Assembly (NCBI GenBank): GCA_016931215.1
Contig: JAFGFD010000090.1
Location: forward strand, 1 to 43,253
Direction of reading: 5' to 3'
Length of the DNA: 43,253 nt
From: Candidatus Omnitrophota bacterium
GTDB lineage: Bacteria; Omnitrophota; Gorgyraeia; JAHIPI01
A program made the translations under genes and the position numbers. Below the pieces are notes generated by a model, which searched no databases, was not told the origin of the DNA, and saw only the letters and a program-made list of their open reading frames with translations. Position 1 is the stretch's first letter. Each line of letters opens with the position of its first letter. Below are positions 9,525 to 18,320 of this stretch, piece by piece.

Positions 9525-9706
9525 GCATTTTACTTTGTTGTGAGACGCCGGCTTGCTCGAAGTGAGGTTTCGCCGACGAGTAGGAGGAAAAGCGCATACT
9601 TCCTCGAATTGCAGAAGATAGCGACAGAAACCGAGTGGCCGACCCGAGTATCTTGGCGAACGAAGTGAGCCGAACGAGGGCGCCGAGTCCTTCGCGGCTC
9701 ACCAGC
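9525..9706 (+). repeat. tRNA-3'-flank element, copy K: ~157-nt non-coding insert plus an exact 23-nt copy of the tRNA-Lys 3' end
   Basis: 9684-9706 equals 9504-9526 (cgagtccttcgcggctcaccagc). The interior is homologous to 22061-22213. There is no credible ORF. Confidence 0.6.
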
Positions 9707-9769
9707 TATTTAGCCTATAGTCGATGGACTATGGGCAAAGGGTAGACCATATACATAAATATATAGCGC

Positions 9770-10186
9770 ATGAAACCATTCGAGATAGTGGATCATACAG
9801 CGGATATCAGCATAAAGGCATACGGCAAGAGCGAAAAAGAGCTTTTTGAAAATGCCGCTCGCGGTATGTTCAACATCGCCGCGGATCTGGAAGGCATCAC
9901 TACCTCAACCGAGCTTAATGTAAAAGTCAGCGCCCTCGACAAGGAAGAGCTGCTCGTCGAATGGCTGGACGAGCTCCTTTACAATTTCTACACCAAACAC
10001 ATAATATTTTGCGAATTTAACATTGTAGAACTCACCGATAAAAGCCTGAGCGCCAAAATAAAAGGTCGCTTCATAGGCGAAAACAAAAACCGCCTCAAAT
10101 CCGAGATAAAAGCGGCTACTCGCCACGGCTTGAATATCGTCAAAAAAGACGGCATCTATGAAGTGCAGATAGTATTTGACGTCTAG
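9770..10186 (+). CDS. Archease (RtcB activator/chaperone)
   Basis: 138 aa. N-terminal FEIVDHTADISIKAYG motif. Immediately upstream of rtcB. Confidence 0.85.
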   Translation: MKPFEIVDHTADISIKAYGKSEKELFENAARGMFNIAADLEGITTSTELNVKVSALDKEELLVEWLDELLYNFYTKHIIFCEFNIVELTDKSLSAKIKGRFIGENKNRLKSEIKAATRHGLNIVKKDGIYEVQIVFDV

Positions 10187-10194
10187 GAGGTTCG

Positions 10195-11655
10195 ATGGGC
10201 GGAGCATGGCAAGGGCCTCTGGAGAGAATCGATGATTACCGTTGGATGATCCCTAAATCATTCATGAACGGTATGAACGTCCCGGGAATCATTTACGCAG
10301 ACGATATTCTTATCAAAAGCATTAAGAACGATAATGCCCCTCAACAGGTAGCGAATGCAGCATGCCTTCCAGGAGTAGTGAAAAATTCCCTGGCGATGCC
10401 GGATATACATTGGGGATATGGTTTGCCTATAGGAGGTGTCATAGCTACCGACATAGAAGAGAATGGCGTAATAACGCCCGGCGGAGTCGGTTACGATATA
10501 AACTGTGGCGTAAGGCTTATCAGGAGCAATCTAACCGAGAAGGAAGTCAGGGCGAAGCTGGATGTGCTTGTTACGACGCTCTTTCACACTATTCCGGCGG
10601 GCGTCGGGTCCAAGAGCGACATAAAGGTAAGTGATCGAGACGAGAGAAGGATCATGACGACGGGCGCCAGCTGGGGAGTGGAAAACGGTTTCGGAGTTAA
10701 AGAGGATTTGGACCATACCGAAGAGAACGGATGCATGGATGGCGCCGATCCCGACAAGGTATCTGAAAGGGCATATGAGAGAGGCGTCCGACAATCGGGC
10801 ACACTAGGTTCAGGAAACCATTTCCTGGAGATACAAGTTGTAGATGAGATTTACGATGAGCCTGCGGCTAATCTTTTTGACTTGTCCCTCGGTAGCGTTA
10901 CTGTTATGATACATACAGGGAGCCGCGGATTTGGCCATCAAATATGCGATGATTACTCTAAGGGAATGGTCAGATGCCTTTCCAAATATAACATAAGTGT
11001 ACCTGACAGACAGCTTGCCTGTGCGCCTGTCAAATCTCCCGAAGGAAGAGACTACATAGCTGCGATGAAGTGCGCGGCGAATTACGCGTGGAACAACAGG
11101 CAGTGCCTGATGCACATGGTGAGGACGGTCTTTGAAAAGGTCTTCGGGTCGAGTCAAAAGAATCTGGGATTGACTCTCATATGGGACGTAGCTCACAACA
11201 TTGCGAAATTCGAGAGATATAAGATTGACGAAAAAGATAAGATGCTGTGTATACACAGGAAGGGTGCTACACGAGCTTTCGGGCCCGGCAACCCGGCAAT
11301 TCCGCATGAATACAGAGAGTATGGTCAGCCTGTCATAATACCAGGAGACATGGGAAGAAATTCCTACATCTTATTGGGAACAAAGAAGGCAGAGGAAGAA
11401 ACATTCGCCAGTACATGCCATGGTGCGGGTCGATGTCTATCAAGAAAGGAAGCGATGAGAAGGCATGACCGTAACACCCTCTTGAAAGAATTGGGGGCCA
11501 AGGGCATAAAGGTGATGGCGGTTGGAAAGGAGACCCTTGCTGAAGAGGCGCCGTACGCATATAAGAATGTAAACGAGGTTGTCAACGTAGTCGATAAGGC
11601 AGGCATTTCCAAAAAGGTCTGCAGGATGAAGCCAATAGGCGTAATAAAAGGATAA
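10195..11655 (+). CDS. rtcB: RNA 3'-phosphate/5'-OH ligase RtcB
   Basis: 486 aa. GGVGYDINCGVRL, GSGNHFLE, HTGSRGFGH, HRKGATRA and TCHGAGR motifs. Confidence 0.95.
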   Translation: MGGAWQGPLERIDDYRWMIPKSFMNGMNVPGIIYADDILIKSIKNDNAPQQVANAACLPGVVKNSLAMPDIHWGYGLPIGGVIATDIEENGVITPGGVGYDINCGVRLIRSNLTEKEVRAKLDVLVTTLFHTIPAGVGSKSDIKVSDRDERRIMTTGASWGVENGFGVKEDLDHTEENGCMDGADPDKVSERAYERGVRQSGTLGSGNHFLEIQVVDEIYDEPAANLFDLSLGSVTVMIHTGSRGFGHQICDDYSKGMVRCLSKYNISVPDRQLACAPVKSPEGRDYIAAMKCAANYAWNNRQCLMHMVRTVFEKVFGSSQKNLGLTLIWDVAHNIAKFERYKIDEKDKMLCIHRKGATRAFGPGNPAIPHEYREYGQPVIIPGDMGRNSYILLGTKKAEEETFASTCHGAGRCLSRKEAMRRHDRNTLLKELGAKGIKVMAVGKETLAEEAPYAYKNVNEVVNVVDKAGISKKVCRMKPIGVIKG

Positions 11656-11660
11656 AGCTT

Positions 11661-12935
11661 ATGTTGGATTTAAAATTCATTAGAGAAAATAGTGAACTTG
11701 TTAAAAAGGCCATGAAAGACAGAAATGTCAACCTGGATATAGACGAATTACTGAAACTCGACGGCAAAAGGAGAGAGTTGCTTAAAGAGGCCGAGAAGCT
11801 CAAGTACGAAAAGAACAAGATGTCCGAGGAAATTGGCAAAAAAATAGCGAAAAAGAATGATGTTAAAAATGAAAAAAGTCAAATAAAATCAATGTCCCAA
11901 AAAATAAGTGAATTTGATGAAAAAGTGGGTGATATTGATAAAAAAATGGTCAATTTGATGCTGATAATCCCAAATATACCCCACAAAAGCGTTCCAATTG
12001 GCAGTGAACAAGAGGCGAATAAAGTAGTTAGAACCTGGGGTAAAGAACCTAAGTTTGACTTTGAGCCAAGACACCATGTCGAACTTTGTGAGCTCCTCGA
12101 TATAATTGACCTTAAGAGGGCCTCTAAGATCGCAGGATCTTTTTTCATTTTGTATAAGGGGTTAGGTGCGCGCCTTGAGCGAGCCCTTATTAACTTCATG
12201 CTCGATCTTCATACAAAAGAGCACGGTTACATGGAGGTATTTCCGCCTTTTTTGGTCAATAGAAAGAGCATGACCGGAACCGGCCAACTGCCAAAATTGG
12301 AAGAAGATATGTATCGGCTCAAAGACGACGATTATTTCCTAATACCTACCGCGGAAGTCCCCGTGACGAATCTGCACAGAGATGAAGTCATTAACGAAGA
12401 CAAGCTCCCCATATATTATACAGCTTACACGGCATGTTTTAGAAGAGAAGCCGGTTCTTATGGGAAGGATACGAAGGGGTTGACAAGAGTACATCAATTT
12501 GACAAGGTCGAAATGGTTAAGTTTGTAAGACCGGAGACATCATATGATGAGCTTGAGTCCTTGGTTAAAAATGCGGAGAAGGTAATTCAGCTTCTTGATC
12601 TTCCATATCGGGTCACGCTACTTTCAACGCAGGGAATAAGCTTTGCCGCTTCAAAGTGTTACGACATAGAATTATGGGCAGCCGGTAGTAAAGCGCACCT
12701 TGAAGTATCCAGTTGCAGCAACTTCGAGGATTTTCAGGCTAGAAGGGCTAATATTAAGTATCGGCAGAAAAACGGAAAACTCGCCTATGTACATACGCTC
12801 AATGGCTCGGGGGTAGCGACCGCAAGGTTGCTTATCGCATTGATAGAGAACTATCAGACTAAGGACGGCACTGTCCTCATACCCAAAGCGCTTCAGCCAT
12901 ATATGGAAGGCTTAAAAGAGATTAAGCCGTTATGA
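11661..12935 (+). CDS. serS: Seryl-tRNA synthetase
   Basis: 424 aa. N-terminal coiled-coil arm (MLDLKFIRENSELVKKAM) and class II core motifs (FRREAGS, GSGVATARLLIALIENYQ). Confidence 0.95.
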   Translation: MLDLKFIRENSELVKKAMKDRNVNLDIDELLKLDGKRRELLKEAEKLKYEKNKMSEEIGKKIAKKNDVKNEKSQIKSMSQKISEFDEKVGDIDKKMVNLMLIIPNIPHKSVPIGSEQEANKVVRTWGKEPKFDFEPRHHVELCELLDIIDLKRASKIAGSFFILYKGLGARLERALINFMLDLHTKEHGYMEVFPPFLVNRKSMTGTGQLPKLEEDMYRLKDDDYFLIPTAEVPVTNLHRDEVINEDKLPIYYTAYTACFRREAGSYGKDTKGLTRVHQFDKVEMVKFVRPETSYDELESLVKNAEKVIQLLDLPYRVTLLSTQGISFAASKCYDIELWAAGSKAHLEVSSCSNFEDFQARRANIKYRQKNGKLAYVHTLNGSGVATARLLIALIENYQTKDGTVLIPKALQPYMEGLKEIKPL

Positions 12936-13606
12936 TACTGAAGACAATCAAATCAGTCTTAGGGATATTACTATTACCTGTAGTATTCGCCGTAGCAAGC
13001 TCTTTTTACGAACAGTTCGGATTTATAGATATCAATTTTACAAAAGGGCAGATATATTTTTTATGGGGCGTTACTGCATATTGCCTTTTCCAGCTTATCT
13101 TAATAAAGCCCGTCTACTTGTATGTCCTGGGCCACGAGACAGTGCACGTCCTGGCGACATGGTTGTGTCTCGGAAGGGTGACGAGGTTCCATGTCACTTC
13201 AAGAGGCGGCAGCGTCTCGACAACAAAGACCAATATCTTTATTAAATTGAGTCCTTATTTTATCCCGATATACGCCATTCTTATTACGGCAGCGTATTTT
13301 TTTATAATAAAGATGTTCCTATGGGGTTTTCTGGTTAGGCCTTATTATATGTTTTTGTTCGGAGCTACGCTATCCTTCCACATAATCATGACGATAGACA
13401 CTATAAAAGTTAAACAGCCCGATTTCGCGAAGGCGGGACATATTATGTCACTTGTTTTGATATTTGTAATCAATATGATAATTATTGCGGGGATACTGGG
13501 ACTTTTCTTTAATAGTTTTTCTTTTTTGTCTTTTTTACGCAGTTCATACTATTCTTCGGTCGATCTATACAGGACTATATTCATCCGGTTGTTTCAGTAT
13601 AAATAA
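12932..13606 (+). CDS. Polytopic membrane protein with a HExxH motif (putative membrane zincin, DUF3267-like)
   Basis: 224 aa, about 6 hydrophobic helices, GHETVHV motif. Its start overlaps the serS stop (ATGA). Confidence 0.5.
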   Translation: MILKTIKSVLGILLLPVVFAVASSFYEQFGFIDINFTKGQIYFLWGVTAYCLFQLILIKPVYLYVLGHETVHVLATWLCLGRVTRFHVTSRGGSVSTTKTNIFIKLSPYFIPIYAILITAAYFFIIKMFLWGFLVRPYYMFLFGATLSFHIIMTIDTIKVKQPDFAKAGHIMSLVLIFVINMIIIAGILGLFFNSFSFLSFLRSSYYSSVDLYRTIFIRLFQYK

Positions 13607-13663
13607 TTAGTGGTCCGTTTTCCGTTCCGAGAGGTTGATTTAGAAGAGGAGTTCTTTATACGT

Positions 13664-14350
13664 TCAAAAAAGATATTTTAATGCGGTAAAGATATATCTC
13701 AACCAGACCTTACTCAAGACAATTGCCGAAACACCCGTCTTTCTCGCGTATTCATGACTTGGGATTTCCTCTATCTTGAAACCAAGTTTAAGGGCCTTCA
13801 TCACCATCTCTTGTTCGATTGTGGTTATGTTCTCCCTTAGATTCAGCGTTTGTGCCATATTGGTCTTTATCGCCCTGAACCCATTTTGCACGTCTGTAAG
13901 TTTCTGTCGCCATCTTATGTTTATGATAAGGTTTATTATGACACTTCCAAGTAGTCGCAGGGTCTTTTCCATATCTCCCTGCAACTCGTCGCTGCCGCCT
14001 TTCCCTCGCGAAGCTATTACCATATCTGCCTTGCCGTCAGCTATGGGCTGTACAAGATGAGGTATATCTTTTGGATCGTGCGAACCGTCGGCGTCCATGA
14101 AGACTATAATATCACCCCGGGCCTTCTCTATGCCAAGCCTTATGGCGATACCTTTACCACGGCCGCTGTCCTGGCAGACTCTCGCGCCTTCATTTCTGGA
14201 TATCGCACGAGTGTCGTCCCCGGAAAGCCCATCTACAACGAGGATTTCATAAGCATACTTTTTTGCCTCTAAGATGATATTTCTTATGGTAGGCGCTTCA
14301 TTTTTGGCAGGTATCACCACTGATATGCGTGGTTTTTTTTCCTCGATCAT
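13664..14350 (-). CDS. GT2 glycosyltransferase (polyprenyl-phosphate sugar synthase type, DPM1/ArnC-like)
   Basis: 228 aa. ISVVIPAKNE, VVDGLSGDDT and FMDADGSHDP motifs. Confidence 0.8.
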   Translation of the reverse strand: MIEEKKPRISVVIPAKNEAPTIRNIILEAKKYAYEILVVDGLSGDDTRAISRNEGARVCQDSGRGKGIAIRLGIEKARGDIIVFMDADGSHDPKDIPHLVQPIADGKADMVIASRGKGGSDELQGDMEKTLRLLGSVIINLIINIRWRQKLTDVQNGFRAIKTNMAQTLNLRENITTIEQEMVMKALKLGFKIEEIPSHEYARKTGVSAIVLSKVWLRYIFTALKYLF

Positions 14351-14470
14351 GACAAGCCCGCTTATCTCTTCGCTATAATAATTTTTTACGGTTAAAATTT
14401 GATATCGTTGCTATTATATCAATTACCATTGGACGCTGCAACGAAAATATTCTGAAAAGAAAAAAATTTA

Positions 14471-14499
14471 TTGAGAAAAGGTGATTTAAGATGTATAAT
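14471..14499 (+). promoter_or_regulatory. Sigma70-type promoter candidate
   Basis: TTGAGA, 17 nt, TATAAT, about 100 nt upstream of the YHS-domain gene. Confidence 0.5.
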
Positions 14500-14596
14500 A
14501 ATTACACATTAGTATTATACATTTCTATTATGCGCCATATTAATAGCATTATCTCTTTGGACGGATAGATAGTTACAACAAAAGATGGAGGGCAGC

Positions 14597-15049
14597 ATGA
14601 CGAAGAGATTTGACCCAAAGGTTCTTTTTATCTGCTTGGTTTTCATGGCATTATCCTCAGGCAAGTCTTATTCGGTATCGGTCGATGAGGACGGTGTCCC
14701 TATAGCAATACAAGGTTATGACCCAGTCGCCTACCACACCGAGTATCACGCCACAAAAGGTTACAGCAGCGAATGCTATAAGTATAAGGACATGATGTGG
14801 TATTTCTGCAGTACCGCGAACAAGGAACTCTTCGTAAAAGACCCAGGGAGATATATGCCTGCCTATAACGGATATTGTGCCCATTGTATGAGTTTTAAGG
14901 GATTTAAAAAGCTTTCGGACCCCAATGTCTGGACGATCGAAGACGAAAGGTTATTTCTCTTTTCGGCGGAATACAAAAAAGAAACGTGGGGCAACAATGC
15001 GAAAAAGAATATCGAAAAAGGCGACAAACATTGGGAATCAATAAATTAA
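14597..15049 (+). CDS. Secreted YHS-domain protein
   Basis: Signal-like N-terminus, then GYDPVAYH....KG, YFCSTANKELFVKDPGRYMPAYNGYC and LFLFS motifs. ATG at 14597 sits 4 nt after ggaggg; the track start at 14585 is also possible. Confidence 0.65.
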   Translation: MTKRFDPKVLFICLVFMALSSGKSYSVSVDEDGVPIAIQGYDPVAYHTEYHATKGYSSECYKYKDMMWYFCSTANKELFVKDPGRYMPAYNGYCAHCMSFKGFKKLSDPNVWTIEDERLFLFSAEYKKETWGNNAKKNIEKGDKHWESIN

Positions 15050-15251
15050 TCTTTTAGCAGTTTCTATTCATGAAATTGTAACACCCATTCCTTGTCTAAT
15101 CCCCCTGGCTTTTTTATTCGATATTGTGATTGATTTTTTATATGATATCTGCTAATCTTAAACTGAAATATGTAACATATCAACAGCTTAAATGCCGTAA
15201 ATTCTGTTCTTTATTTTTGCTGAAGCGGGGAATTGAAAAATCTCGAGTTAA

Positions 15252-16775
15252 ATGAATCAGTATATAAAAGAACAAAAATCCATACGTAGATTAATACCTT
15301 CCTATTTTGTCCGCATAGCTTCTCTGCTAGTAATCTCATATGGGACTATAATCCGTTTGCACGAATATATAAGAAACCGTTCTCTTTGGTTGGACGAGGC
15401 CTTTGTAGCCCTCAATGTACTTGATAAGTCTATTTCCCAGCTCTTGACTCAGCCGTTCGACTATAGGCAGGCGGCTCCCGTCATGTACATTCTCTTGACG
15501 AAATTTTTGGTTTTGATATTTGGAAGCAGTGAATATGTATTGCGATTTATACCGTTATTAGCAGGCATCGCATCTATCTTCGTATTTTTTATTTTAGTGA
15601 AAAGACTGACTGGAGGAAAAGGCATTTTAATAGCTCTAATCTTCTTTTCGTTTTCAACCATGCTACTGCGCTATTCAGTAGAGGTAAAACAGTACTCGAC
15701 AGACGTTCTTATTTCTTTGTTGATATTGTACTGTGGACTCTCTTTTTTGTCGATTAGGTTCAATCTTTTAAGGGCACTTACTTTGGGGGCAATAGGCGCG
15801 TGCGCCGTATGGCTGAGCCATCCTTCAGCATTCATGCTTGCCGGACTAGGCTTAGCTTTATTATACCGTTCTTTTTCAAAAAAAGACTTAGGGCAGATAC
15901 ATTACTGGTGTCTCAGTATCTCCATCTGGGTTGTGAGCTTCGGTATTTTTTATTTCCTTTCATTGCGGCATATTGAGCATAATTCTGAATTGCGGTTATA
16001 CTGGGCGGAGTCTTTTATGCCCGTCCCACTGTCATTACAAGAAGCGAAACTTTTTTATAAATTATTTTTAGGCATGTTTTGGGAAGTGGGAGGGATGCGT
16101 TTTGATTTTTTAGGATTATTTCTCTTTCTACTAGGCTCACACTCGGTGTATAAAAGAGACAGGAAAGTAGCTATATTGTTATTGGCACCTCTTGTATTTA
16201 CTGTCATCGCATCTTTTATGCATAAATATCCCTTCAAGGGAAGGTTACTTTTATTTTACGCACCCGTTTTGTATATATTAGTGACTGAAGGATTGGTATT
16301 TTTTGTCGATAATAAATTATTGTTATCAAAAGCAATAGGGTCCGTTCTTATATGCGTAATGTTATGGCATCCTATCGTAATAGCGCCCAAGCACTTGTCT
16401 TCAAGCCTCTTCCATTCGGAGGAAATACGGCCCGCTTTAGAATACCTGAGGAGTCATTTTAAGGAAGGGGATGATATATACTTATATTATTCAACGTATT
16501 TCTGCTTTAAATACTATGCTGAAAATTATGGATTTGAGGATATCGATTATATCAAAGGTGTCCAGGGGACACACGATAGAGAAAAATACATACGCGATCT
16601 TTCGCGCTTAAAGGGAAGAGGAAGGGTTTGGTTTATATTCACACATGTGCAAAAGGATGAACGGGCTGAGACAAACGACGAAGAATACATAGTCACCCAT
16701 CTCGATACACTCGGGAAACAATCGGAACATATTCAATCAGACGGAGCCTCGCTCTATTTGTACGAGCTAAATTAG
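15252..16775 (+). CDS. GT-C fold membrane glycosyltransferase (GT39/GT83, ArnT/PMT-like)
   Basis: 507 aa. About 10 N-terminal TM helices, LWLDEAF acidic motif in the first loop, soluble C-terminal domain. Confidence 0.65.
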   Translation: MNQYIKEQKSIRRLIPSYFVRIASLLVISYGTIIRLHEYIRNRSLWLDEAFVALNVLDKSISQLLTQPFDYRQAAPVMYILLTKFLVLIFGSSEYVLRFIPLLAGIASIFVFFILVKRLTGGKGILIALIFFSFSTMLLRYSVEVKQYSTDVLISLLILYCGLSFLSIRFNLLRALTLGAIGACAVWLSHPSAFMLAGLGLALLYRSFSKKDLGQIHYWCLSISIWVVSFGIFYFLSLRHIEHNSELRLYWAESFMPVPLSLQEAKLFYKLFLGMFWEVGGMRFDFLGLFLFLLGSHSVYKRDRKVAILLLAPLVFTVIASFMHKYPFKGRLLLFYAPVLYILVTEGLVFFVDNKLLLSKAIGSVLICVMLWHPIVIAPKHLSSSLFHSEEIRPALEYLRSHFKEGDDIYLYYSTYFCFKYYAENYGFEDIDYIKGVQGTHDREKYIRDLSRLKGRGRVWFIFTHVQKDERAETNDEEYIVTHLDTLGKQSEHIQSDGASLYLYELN

Positions 16776-16815
16776 GTAAAGCGATAAATGAGGGCCACTG
16801 CAGGTATTTTTAGAC

Positions 16816-18273
16816 TTAATTTACTAGATTTTCTATTCTGCGCATTCTATATATAATAAGCCTACTGGTTTCATTAACAATGGGGGAATAATAGTCCCAT
16901 ACTATCTTGCCGTCCTTTGTGACTTCAAATACATGCCCTTTGTTACTTTCCGTAATCAATGTATTTCCGTTGTCAAGCCTTTGGCACGATCCCTGAGTTT
17001 TTGAAAACAATGACTGAGGAGGCGTAGCCATATACTGCCATACAATCGATTCTTTTTTAGGTTCTACCTCGATGACGCGCGAATAATCCCTGTGTTTACC
17101 GTTTTCAAAAAATAGAACATTGCCGTTCTTTAAAAAAGAAGCTGCGTGCAATCCGTCGAATTTTTTATTTAATTTCCATACTACTTTTCCGTCGGCAGCA
17201 TTAAATATCAAAAGATCGCTTGTGAAAAAGCTCGAGACCAATATATCACCTTTTTCACATAGGCCATCTATATCCCTCTCGGCTGATTCGACCGAATTCG
17301 TATGATATACGTCAAACTTTAAATCCTCTTGTGTCAACAGGTGGCTTCTTTGAACGTCATTATCGAAAAAGCAGTTATCTATAACGCCTTTTTCGATTAT
17401 TTTCCAAACAAGATTAGGATTTAACATAAAATGGTACAGTTTAATTATTGTTGGGACTGAGATCACATCTTTATATTGGCTTAGAAGAGAGATCTCATTT
17501 TTAACATCGCCGTCTTTTGATAAAACCGTTACGTATTCGACTTTTATCGGTACGGGTAGGCCGCAGAGTAAAATTATCTCCCACTTATATGTAAGTACAA
17601 ATATGTCACCGTTATCCGCTGTGTCAGCGTCGTGATGGGCCGCGATATTTATAACCCATCTTATGTTGGATTCCCAATCCAACATATACAGTTTATCGTA
17701 GTCGGCCTGAAGTATGAGATTACCATCCTTGAGAAATTCGGCAAATCCGATTTTTGATATATCTTCATTTTTTACGCTCCACTCATTTATGACGTTACCT
17801 TCCATGTCTATAAGATAAACTTTGGGTTCTTCGTTATTTGCGACGAAGAGGTTATATCCTTTATAGCTAAGATTCTCGTCATGAAAAGTTACGGCCTCTT
17901 TACTGTCGGTTTCACGAATCGGGGTTTTGCATAAATACGGCAGGCTCATGAGACGGTCTTCCGGGGATATTTTGCAAAAAACATAGCTATTCATGCGGCA
18001 AACACAGACTATAACGCATGCCAGGATAAAAAAGATTAATGCCGCGTGAAAATATCTATTTCCGTTCTTTTTAGCGATTAATTTCCTGAGCAATAATACG
18101 TACAGTAATTTGCATAAGCCATATATAATCAAAACGCAAAAAAGGAGAGATAGAACAAAAAACCAGATGATGTATAGGAAAATATTATTATTGATTACTA
18201 TGAATATCGCTGCTAAAAACAACGCACCTAATATTATTAATATCTTTTTCAAGGCCGAATCCCTGTTTTGCAA
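16816..18273 (-). CDS. Membrane-anchored arylsulfotransferase (ASST)-like beta-propeller protein
   Basis: 485 aa. N-terminal TM helices, then repeated NGN/DGN..L blades: AAHHDADTADNGDIFV, DVYHTNSVE, GDILVSSF, LHAASFLKNGNVLFFENG, CQRLDNGNTLITES..GHVFEVTKDGKIVW. Confidence 0.5.
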   Translation of the reverse strand: MQNRDSALKKILIILGALFLAAIFIVINNNIFLYIIWFFVLSLLFCVLIIYGLCKLLYVLLLRKLIAKKNGNRYFHAALIFFILACVIVCVCRMNSYVFCKISPEDRLMSLPYLCKTPIRETDSKEAVTFHDENLSYKGYNLFVANNEEPKVYLIDMEGNVINEWSVKNEDISKIGFAEFLKDGNLILQADYDKLYMLDWESNIRWVINIAAHHDADTADNGDIFVLTYKWEIILLCGLPVPIKVEYVTVLSKDGDVKNEISLLSQYKDVISVPTIIKLYHFMLNPNLVWKIIEKGVIDNCFFDNDVQRSHLLTQEDLKFDVYHTNSVESAERDIDGLCEKGDILVSSFFTSDLLIFNAADGKVVWKLNKKFDGLHAASFLKNGNVLFFENGKHRDYSRVIEVEPKKESIVWQYMATPPQSLFSKTQGSCQRLDNGNTLITESNKGHVFEVTKDGKIVWDYYSPIVNETSRLIIYRMRRIENLVN

Positions 18274-18320
18274 TAGGTGTATGAGACCATATATTACCGT
18301 TTTTCATCGGAGGGGGAAAA

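Noticed and set aside
9460-9702. 80-aa minus-strand ORF covering tRNA-Lys and the downstream element. It is similar in sequence to the 104-aa minus-strand ORF at 21866-22180.
   Set aside because: Both ORFs run antisense through bona fide tRNA genes. Their protein similarity is just the translated nucleotide homology of the tRNA-flank elements. There is no RBS, and the peptides are low-complexity and Ser/Leu/Arg-rich.
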